This document shows positions 56,991 through 64,000 of a stretch of 64,000 nt of DNA, in pieces. The number at the start of each line of letters is the position of its first letter. Position 1 is the first letter of the stretch. The DNA lies in NCBI GenBank assembly GCA_965223905.1, contig CBDCXV010000009.1, forward strand, positions 672,001 to 736,000. Reading direction: 5' to 3'. The notes below the pieces were generated by a model. The model saw nothing but the letters and a program-made list of their open reading frames with translations, did not search any database and had not been told where the DNA came from. The translations under genes and the position numbers were made by a program. Origin of the DNA: Candidatus Latescibacterota bacterium (lineage in GTDB: Bacteria > Latescibacterota > UBA2968 > UBA8231).

Positions 56991-59666
56991 TCAGGCATGG
57001 GTCGGGTCGCGCTTCTCCGGATCGATGTCGAGCTCGGAGATCGCGCGGCGCACCTCCTCTTGGCCGAGCGTTCCCTGGCGGTGCAGGTCGGCGATCGCGG
57101 CATAGGCGATCGTCTCGGCGTCGACCTCGAAGAAACGGCGCAGCGACGCGCGCGACTCGCTGCGGCCGAAGCCGTCGGTGCCCAGGGCGACCGGCGGCCG
57201 CGGGAACCAGCGCGCGATCGAGTTCGGCAGCGCCTTGATGTAGTCGGAGGCGATGACGAAGCTGCCGCTTTCCCCCTCGAGACATTCGCCGATCCAGGAT
57301 TTCGGGGAGGCGCCTTCCCGCTGTCGCAGGCCGACCCGTTCGCAGGCGCCGCCGTCCTCGTGCAGCTGGCGGAAGCTGGTGATCGACCAGACGCTGGCGC
57401 CGACGTCGAAGCGCTCGGCGAGGATCTCCCGCGCCCGCAGCGCCTCGTTGAGGATGCTGCCGCTGGCGAACAGGTGGGCACGCCTTTCGAGTCCTTCCGG
57501 CGCTTCCCGCAACCGGTACATCCCCCTGAGGATCCCCTCCTCCGCCCCCGGCGGCATGGCCGGCATCGGGTAGTCCTCGTTCTGGACGGTCAGGTAGTAG
57601 ACGAGGTCCTCGCCGCGGCCGTACATGCGCTCGATCCCTTCCCGCAGGATGACGGCGAGTTCGTAGCCGAAGGCGGGGTCGTAGGCGACCACGTGGGGAT
57701 AGCTGTAGGAGAGCAGGTGGCTGTGCCCGTCCTGGTGCTGCAGCCCTTCCCCGTTGAGGGTCGTGCGCCCCGAGGTGGCGCCGATGAGGAAGCCGCGCGC
57801 CCGCTGGTCGCCGGCGGCGAAGACGAGATCGCCGACGCGCTGGAACCCGAAGATCGAGTAGAAGACGAAGAACGGCAGGGTGTGAATACCGTGGCTGGAA
57901 TAGGCGGTCCCCGCGGCGATGAAGGAGGACAGGGCTCCGGCCTCGGTGATCCCCTCTTCGATCAGCTGCCCGTCCCGGGCCTCGCGGTAATAGGTGAGGG
58001 TCTCGCTGTCGACCGGCTCGTACAGCTGTCCGATATGCGAGTAGATCCCGTACTGCCGGAACAGCGCCTCCATGCCGAAGGTGCGCGCCTCGTCGGCGAC
58101 GATCGGCACGATCAGCGGCCCGAGCTGCTTGTGCCGCATCAGCTTCGCCAGGATGCGCACGAACATCATGGTCGACGACGCGCGGCGCTCTCCGGTGCCG
58201 GGAAGGAATTCGTCGAACAGGTCGCGGTGCTGCGTCTCCTCCGGCGGCGGCCCTGCCGGGCGGCTCGGCACGAACCCCCCGAGGGCCCGGCGGCGGTCGA
58301 CGAGGTACTGGCTCTCCGGGGTCTCGGCTGCGGGCCGGTAGTAGGACAGCTGCTCGACCTCCTCGTCGGAGAGGGGAATGGCGAAGCGGGTGCGGATTTC
58401 CCGCAGGGCCCCGGTGTCGAGCTTCTTCTGCTGGTGCGCCCCCATGCGCCCTTCCCCGGCTTCCCCCATTCCGTACCCCTTGATCGTCTTGGCGAGCACC
58501 ACCGACGGGGCGCCGCGGAACTCCAGGGCGGCGCGGTAGGCGGCGTACACCTTCTCGGGGTCGTGGCCGCCGCGGCGGATGGTGCGGATGTGCTCGTCGG
58601 TCAGGTGCCGGGAGAGCTTCATCAGGCTTTCGTCGACTCCGAAGAAGTGGTTGCGCTGGTAGTTGCCGTCGGAGACGCTGTACTTCTGGTACTGGCCGTC
58701 GACGAGCTCCCCCATGCGCCGCGCCAGCAGCCCCCGCTCGTCCATGGCCAGCAGCGGGTCCCAGTCGCTCCCCCAGATCACCTTGATGACGTTCCAGCCG
58801 GCGCCGCAGAAGACCGTCTCCAGCTCCTGGATGATCTTGCCGTTGCCGCGCACCGGGCCGTCGAGCCGCTGCAGGTTGCAGTTGACGACGAAGACGAGGT
58901 TGTCGAGCTGCTCGCGCGCCGCCAGGGAGATGGCCCCGAGGGATTCCGGCTCGTCCATCTCGCCGTCGCCGATGAAGGCCCAGACCTTGGCGTCGGAGGG
59001 CTGCTTGAGGCCGCGGTCCTCGAGATAGCGGTTGAAGCGGGCCTGGTAGATCGCCATGATCGGGCACAGCCCCATCGACGCCGTGGGGAACTGCCAGAAA
59101 TCGGGCATCAGCCTTGGGTGCGGGTAGGAGGACAGTCCCCCTTCCGGCCTGAGCTCGTGGCGGTAGTTGTCGAGCTGCTCTTCGCTCAGCCGCCCCTCGA
59201 GGAAGGCGCGCGCGTAGATCCCCGGGGCCGTATGCGCCTGCCAGAAGACGTGATCCCCCTCGAAACCGCGGTCGCGGCCGCGCATGAAGTGGTTGAGCGC
59301 CACCTCGTACAGGGCCGCAACCGAGGCGTAGGTCGCGATATGGCCGCCGATCGTCGGGTCGGCGCGGTTGGCGCGCACCACCATAATCATGGCGTTCCAG
59401 CGGATGATGTTGCGGATGCGCCGCTCGAGGTCGTGGCTGCCCGGATAGGGGGGCTGCGCGCCGGGGGGAATGGTGTTGACGTAGGGCGTGCTGGCGGCGA
59501 ACGGCAGCGACACCCCGCGCTCACGGGCGTGGTCGCGCAGGCGCTCCAGCAGCTCGCGGACGCGCTCCGGCCCCGAGTGCTCGAGCACGTAGTCGAGGGA
59601 CTCGAGCCACTCCCCGGTCTCGAGGGACTCGAGCAGCTCCTCGTCGGTCCGCGGCATGCCGGTCAT
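56991..59666 (-). CDS. aceE: Pyruvate dehydrogenase E1, homodimeric type
   Basis: ETGEWLESL, PYVNTI, GGHIATYAS, GDGEMDEPE..NCNLQRLDG, DEARTFG, GEGLQHQDG; true start ATG 59666 with GAGGAG RBS (891 aa). Confidence 0.95.
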   Translation of the reverse strand: MTGMPRTDEELLESLETGEWLESLDYVLEHSGPERVRELLERLRDHARERGVSLPFAASTPYVNTIPPGAQPPYPGSHDLERRIRNIIRWNAMIMVVRANRADPTIGGHIATYASVAALYEVALNHFMRGRDRGFEGDHVFWQAHTAPGIYARAFLEGRLSEEQLDNYRHELRPEGGLSSYPHPRLMPDFWQFPTASMGLCPIMAIYQARFNRYLEDRGLKQPSDAKVWAFIGDGEMDEPESLGAISLAAREQLDNLVFVVNCNLQRLDGPVRGNGKIIQELETVFCGAGWNVIKVIWGSDWDPLLAMDERGLLARRMGELVDGQYQKYSVSDGNYQRNHFFGVDESLMKLSRHLTDEHIRTIRRGGHDPEKVYAAYRAALEFRGAPSVVLAKTIKGYGMGEAGEGRMGAHQQKKLDTGALREIRTRFAIPLSDEEVEQLSYYRPAAETPESQYLVDRRRALGGFVPSRPAGPPPEETQHRDLFDEFLPGTGERRASSTMMFVRILAKLMRHKQLGPLIVPIVADEARTFGMEALFRQYGIYSHIGQLYEPVDSETLTYYREARDGQLIEEGITEAGALSSFIAAGTAYSSHGIHTLPFFVFYSIFGFQRVGDLVFAAGDQRARGFLIGATSGRTTLNGEGLQHQDGHSHLLSYSYPHVVAYDPAFGYELAVILREGIERMYGRGEDLVYYLTVQNEDYPMPAMPPGAEEGILRGMYRLREAPEGLERRAHLFASGSILNEALRAREILAERFDVGASVWSITSFRQLHEDGGACERVGLRQREGASPKSWIGECLEGESGSFVIASDYIKALPNSIARWFPRPPVALGTDGFGRSESRASLRRFFEVDAETIAYAAIADLHRQGTLGQEEVRRAISELDIDPEKRDPTHA

Positions 59667-59685
59667 GGCTTGTGCTCCTCGGCGC

Positions 59686-59822
59686 AAGAAATTGCGCTTG
59701 ATAAGGGCGTCGAGGCGCCCGGCTCGCAAGGCGCGCGACCGACGTGGGTTGGGGTACCCACCGAGGGAGCGCAACGTAGCGAGTCGGGATGCATCGGCGG
59801 CCTTATGGGGAAGAAATTGCGC
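59686..59822 (+). repeat. Long imperfect-hairpin element (MITE/REP-like or ncRNA) flanked by 12-bp direct repeats aagaaattgcgc
   Basis: Arms 59701-59727 and 59779-59806; direct repeats at 59686-59697 and 59811-59822. Confidence 0.65.
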
Positions 59823-59833
59823 CGGGGGAGCAC

Positions 59834-60787
59834 TTAGTTCACGACGTTCTCGGGCTCGCCGGCGAGGTACGCCTTGACGTTGTCGACCAGGGTGTTGAGG
59901 AGCCGCGAGCGCGCCGACCGCGTCGCCCAGGCGATGTGCGGCGTCACGAAGCAGTTTCTGGCGCTGAACAGGGGATTGTCGCGCGGCGGCGGCTCCACCG
60001 GGACGACGTCGAGCCCGGCCCCGGCGATGCGGCCGGCGTTGAGAGCGTCGGCGAGCGCCTGGTCGTCGACGAGGGGGCCGCGGCTGGTGTTGATGAGCAG
60101 GGCCGATTCCTTCATCAGGTCGATGCGCCCGGCGTCGACGAGGTTCTCCGTTTCCGGGGTCAGGGGGCAGTGCAGGCTGATGACGTCGCTGCGCCGGAAC
60201 AGGTCGTCGACCTCGGTGAACTCGACACCGGGAAAATCCGCAGGGTCGAGGAAGGCGTCGTGGGCGAGCAGCTCCATGCCGAGGGCGCGGCCGATGTTCC
60301 CGGTGCGCTGGCCGATGCGGCCGTAGCCGACGATCCCCAGGGTCAACCCGTCGAGCTCGCGCAGCGGGAAGTCCCAGTAACAGAAGTCGCGGCATTCGCT
60401 CCAGCGGCCCTCCTGGACGGTGCCGGCGTGGTGGGCGACCCGCTGGGTCAGATTGAGGACGTGAGCGAAGACCATCTGCGCCACCGAGGCGGTGCCGTAG
60501 GTCGGGATGTTGGTCACCGGGATGTCCCGCTCCCGCGTCGCCTCGATGTCGACGACGTTGAACCCGGTCGCCTGCACCCCGATGTATTTCAGGTCGGGAA
60601 GCCGGCCGATCACCTCGCGCGAGAGCTCCACCTTGTTGGTCATGACGACCTCCGCCCCCCGGGCCCGTTCCACCGCCTGCTCGTTGAGGGAATGGTCGTA
60701 GACCGTGAGCTCGCCGAGGGCCTCCAGTCCCTCCCAGCTGAGATCGCCGGGATTGAGGGTGTATCCGTCGAGTACGACAATCTTCAT
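59834..60787 (-). CDS. D-2-hydroxyacid dehydrogenase (glycerate dehydrogenase/hydroxypyruvate reductase-like)
   Basis: MKIVVLDGYTLNPGD, GIVGYGRIG, SLHCPLT, INTSRG, AGLDV..EP, TPHIAW. Confidence 0.92.
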   Translation of the reverse strand: MKIVVLDGYTLNPGDLSWEGLEALGELTVYDHSLNEQAVERARGAEVVMTNKVELSREVIGRLPDLKYIGVQATGFNVVDIEATRERDIPVTNIPTYGTASVAQMVFAHVLNLTQRVAHHAGTVQEGRWSECRDFCYWDFPLRELDGLTLGIVGYGRIGQRTGNIGRALGMELLAHDAFLDPADFPGVEFTEVDDLFRRSDVISLHCPLTPETENLVDAGRIDLMKESALLINTSRGPLVDDQALADALNAGRIAGAGLDVVPVEPPPRDNPLFSARNCFVTPHIAWATRSARSRLLNTLVDNVKAYLAGEPENVVN

Positions 60788-61346
60788 CAATCGCGTCTCC
60801 TGTCGCCCCGTGAGGGGATAGGCTTTCCGTTCGCTGCGGGGCCGCGGATAACGGGCGGCGTGGTCAGGACAGGATAAACGGATTTAGCGGGGGAGCGGGC
60901 AAGGGAAAGCGTGCGCCTGCCTTTGTCATTTGTGCTGATGGCGGTGTCACGTCGAGAGCACGAGGAACCGGCGTGGATTCTTCACGCGGCATTTCCCGGA
61001 CGGGAGGTGCGACCTTTGGAGCGCCGACAAGCTCTTCCGATAGTTCAGCCGCTGAACTCAGTTGGGCCGGGAGCCCACGGTTTTGGAGTCTGGGACTATC
61101 AGGCGACTGGGCAAACCAGCAGTTTAAGGTGGAGCTTGGCGATTCGTATCGGAGGCCGTCCTTGGGAACCGATTTCAGCGGTACGCCCTCGGCAAACGGT
61201 CCGGTTCGGACCCCTCAGACCGGGTCGCATGGACGATCGACAGCCAACCATCACCGACGCTTTGGGAAAAGCGCTCGCCGGAAATTGTAAAATTCGGATT
61301 AGCCTTCATTGATCGGAGGGGAGCGGTAGCCATACAACAGACCCGA

Positions 61347-64000
61347 ATGCATCTCACGGACAAATGGCTCTTCAGGTCCCGGGACTGGAACGACGATTGC
61401 CGGCGGCTGGCGGCGCAGGTCTCCCGGCTGGGGATCTGTCTCCTGGGCGCCGGGATGGTTGGATGGGCAGAGCCGGCGGCGGCGCAGGATGGCGGGGCCG
61501 TCGAGCTGTGCCGGAACGGCGTCGTCGTGCCTGAGCCGCAGGACTATCCAGGCCTCGTGGCTGATTGTGCAGCGCTGCTGGGCGCGTTGAACCAGTGGGA
61601 AGATTCCGGTTTGAACTGGAGCGCGGAAAGACCGATCCGTCGATGGGAGGGTGTCTTTTTGTCGCAAGACCCCCTCCCTAGTTATTTGCGTTCCACCTCA
61701 AGCGAATTGCGGGTCACCTTGCTGCGCCTGAATTCCAACTACTTGGAGGTGCTCCCCCCTGAAATAGGCCAACTGGCAAAGCTTGAGTATCTGGATTTTT
61801 CCCGGAATGAACTCAAGACCATTCCACCTGAAATAGGTCAACTTATCCAACTGAAGAGCTTGGACCTGCGTTCCAACAACTTGGAGATGCTCCCTCCTGA
61901 AATAGGTCAACTCATCCAACTGAAGGAATTGAAACTGCATCTCAACAACTTGGAGGAGCTCCCCCCTGAAATAGGTCAACTGTCAAAGCTTGAGTATCTG
62001 ACACTCTGGGCGAATGAACTCAAGACGATCCCACCTGAAATAGGTCAACTCACGCAACTGGAGACCCTGGTCCTGTCTGCCAACTACTTGGAGGAGCTCC
62101 CCCCTGAAATAGGCCAACTGGCAAAGCTTGAGTATCTGTCACTCTCGGGGAATGAATTCGAGACGATCCCTTCCGAGTTAAGCCAACTTGGAAACTTGAG
62201 GACACTCTATATCGGCTTTTGTCGACTGAGGGGAGCGATCTTGCCTGATTTGGGCAATCTCGACCAGTTGGAGTGGCTTTTCTTGGCGGGCAACTTTTTG
62301 TCGGGGGCGATTCCCCCTGAGTTGGGTCAATTGGCCTTGTTAGAGATCTTGGACCTCTCCGAAAACGATCTGACGGGAGAGATTCCACATGACTTGGGTC
62401 GCATGGCTGCCTTGGAAAGGTTGGACCTCTCCCGCAATGCCTTGAGTGGACCGATTCCGCCCGAGTTGGGTCAATTGGCCACGTTAGAGATCTTGAATCT
62501 CTCCGAAAACCATCTGACGGGGCAGATTCCGCCTGACTTGGGTCGCATGGCTGACTTGAGGGGTTTGGAACTCTCCGGCAATGACTTGAGTGGACCGATT
62601 CCGCTCGAGTTGGGTCAATTGGGGTGGCTCCGGATTCTGGACCTTTCCCACAACCGATTGAGCGGGCCCTTTCCGCCTGAGTTGGCTCAATTGGCTCGGC
62701 TCGACAGTCTGGACCTTTCCCACAACCGGTTGAGCGGGTCCCTTGGCCCCGGACTGGTCAAGCTGTTTCGTCAGAATCCGGTTGTTGTGGACTTCACCGG
62801 CAACGGAATGATCTGCGTGGCGGAGTCGCCATTTGCCTTTGGCGACGTACCCCCCTGTGACCCCCCGCCCCCGCCGGAGGGAAGGATATACTGGACGGAC
62901 CTGGGCTCGGGGGACATCCGGCGGGCCGACCTGGATGGGGGCTCCAATATCCAGATCGTGATCGATGGAGGCGGGAGCCCGGAAGGGATCGCCCTGGACC
63001 CCGCCGCAGGCAAGATGTATTGGACGAAATGGAACGGAGCCGTCGGCAAGATCCAACGGAGTGATTTGGACGGCTCGAATCCCGAAACCATCGTCGTTAC
63101 GGGGCGATGGCATCCAAGGGGGATTGCCCTGGATCTCGATGCAGACAAGGTCTACTACACGGTCTCCAGTCGCTACTTGGCCCGTGAAGCCGGAGTGGTG
63201 GTCGATGTGTACTTGTCCGGCGGGGTCAGGCGCGCGAACCTGGACGGCTCCTCGCCGGAGGACCTCGTGTGGGAGGAATGGCTTGAAGGCCTGGAGGTGG
63301 ACATCGCCCTGAACGTCAGCGCAGGAACCATGTTCTGGACGGACGGGGAATCCATCAGGCGAGCCAACCTGGACGGCACCGGCAACAGCCCATGCCTGCG
63401 CATAAACAGCGTTGACGGCATTAACACCGTTGACATCGTCCTGGACGTACCCGGAGGCAGGATCTACTGGTCGGACAGCCAGGGCATCCACCGGGCGGAC
63501 CTGGACTGCTCGAAAAGAGAGACTCTCGTCACCTTTGACGGGCAACCAGTGCCGAGGAGTCTCGCTCTGGACCTGAAGGGCGGCAGGATGTACTGGACGG
63601 ACGCCCAAGTGATCTACCGGGCGGACTTGGACGGCTCCCATGCCGCCCCCTTGTTCACCGGGGCAGAATATCCCGGAGGAATCGCCTTCGACCCGGTCGG
63701 CGACAGGATGTACTGGACGGAACCGGGAACGGAGAGAATCCGGCGGGTCGATCGGGATGGAACCCATGCCGAGACCCTGATCGCAGAGGTAAGAAGGGCT
63801 CCTGTCAGCCTCGCCCTGGACCTGGCCGGAAACAGGATGTACTGGACGGACCGGGGAACGAACAGGATCCACCGGGCGGATCTCGATGGCGATAATATCG
63901 AGGATCTCGCCGGTGGATTGACAGCCCCTGGGGGGATTGCCCTGGACGCGCCCGGGGGAAAGATGTACTGGACGAACCGGGACACGAGTGTGATTCACCG
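61347..64000 (+). CDS. Probably exported LRR + YWTD (LDL-receptor class B) repeat protein; truncated by the window end
   Basis: Not in the ORF track; translated manually, open for 884 codons. Signal-like segment (LGICLLGAGMVGWAEPAAAQ), Cys-containing cap, 15 LRRs, PPCDPPPPP linker, at least 9 YWTD-type repeats. Start uncertain. Confidence 0.9.
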   Translation, partial: MHLTDKWLFRSRDWNDDCRRLAAQVSRLGICLLGAGMVGWAEPAAAQDGGAVELCRNGVVVPEPQDYPGLVADCAALLGALNQWEDSGLNWSAERPIRRWEGVFLSQDPLPSYLRSTSSELRVTLLRLNSNYLEVLPPEIGQLAKLEYLDFSRNELKTIPPEIGQLIQLKSLDLRSNNLEMLPPEIGQLIQLKELKLHLNNLEELPPEIGQLSKLEYLTLWANELKTIPPEIGQLTQLETLVLSANYLEELPPEIGQLAKLEYLSLSGNEFETIPSELSQLGNLRTLYIGFCRLRGAILPDLGNLDQLEWLFLAGNFLSGAIPPELGQLALLEILDLSENDLTGEIPHDLGRMAALERLDLSRNALSGPIPPELGQLATLEILNLSENHLTGQIPPDLGRMADLRGLELSGNDLSGPIPLELGQLGWLRILDLSHNRLSGPFPPELAQLARLDSLDLSHNRLSGSLGPGLVKLFRQNPVVVDFTGNGMICVAESPFAFGDVPPCDPPPPPEGRIYWTDLGSGDIRRADLDGGSNIQIVIDGGGSPEGIALDPAAGKMYWTKWNGAVGKIQRSDLDGSNPETIVVTGRWHPRGIALDLDADKVYYTVSSRYLAREAGVVVDVYLSGGVRRANLDGSSPEDLVWEEWLEGLEVDIALNVSAGTMFWTDGESIRRANLDGTGNSPCLRINSVDGINTVDIVLDVPGGRIYWSDSQGIHRADLDCSKRETLVTFDGQPVPRSLALDLKGGRMYWTDAQVIYRADLDGSHAAPLFTGAEYPGGIAFDPVGDRMYWTEPGTERIRRVDRDGTHAETLIAEVRRAPVSLALDLAGNRMYWTDRGTNRIHRADLDGDNIEDLAGGLTAPGGIALDAPGGKMYWTNRDTSVIH
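61710..62766 (+). repeat. Coding LRR tandem array: seven 69-bp units then eight 72-bp units
   Basis: cctgaaatagg(t/c)caact recurs at 61758, 61827, 61896, 61965, 62034 and 62103; later units include a duplicated 144-bp pair. Confidence 0.9.

Noticed and set aside
56712-60395. 1041-aa plus ORF and the 243-aa N-terminal extension of aceE
   Set aside because: Antisense shadow; the extension overlaps the upstream dehydrogenase, and aceE has a good RBS and ATG at 59666
60911-61312. 133-aa and 105-aa ORFs upstream of the LRR gene
   Set aside because: No recognisable motifs and atypical codon usage; treated as non-coding or degraded sequence
61758-62120. 69-bp periodic repeat as a CRISPR array or DGR
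   Set aside because: The period is 23 in-frame codons of LRR; variation is not adenine-specific; no RT or cas gene in the window

Overview
High-GC bacterial chromosomal segment (visually about 65-70% GC). Gene content suggests a diderm bacterium of the FCB superphylum, possibly Latescibacterota- or Gemmatimonadota-like; this is inference. Most of the window is housekeeping and metabolic: yggS-yggT-ileS(type 2)-dksA-like-lspA-rluD-NlpC/P60-GT87, fused secDF, apbE, polyprenyl synthase, a D-cysteine-desulfhydrase-like gene with glcDE, an ABC exporter with DUF1854, map, dnaE, wecB, a tripartite RND pump, a molybdenum hydroxylase M-S-L-moaD cluster, ugd-rfbB-dut-TonB receptor-lipoprotein-SLBB, a Rieske-helical protein, a two-component pair, class I aldolase, aceE and a 2-hydroxyacid dehydrogenase. 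Two genes are missing from the ORF track because they run off the window: an Omp85/peptidase-MA-like N-terminus (1-373) and a large, probably exported LRR + YWTD-repeat protein (61347 to end). The most notable items are: (1) that LRR-YWTD protein, whose near-identical LRR units differ mainly in the codons of the ligand-binding face; (2) a +1 G8 homopolymer frameshift in the TonB-dependent receptor; (3) two exact intergenic tandem duplications (30 and 80 bp); (4) a long-hairpin element flanked by 12-bp direct repeats upstream of aceE; (5) a MoaD with a masked C-terminal GG. I found no rRNA, tRNA, CRISPR array or transposase.
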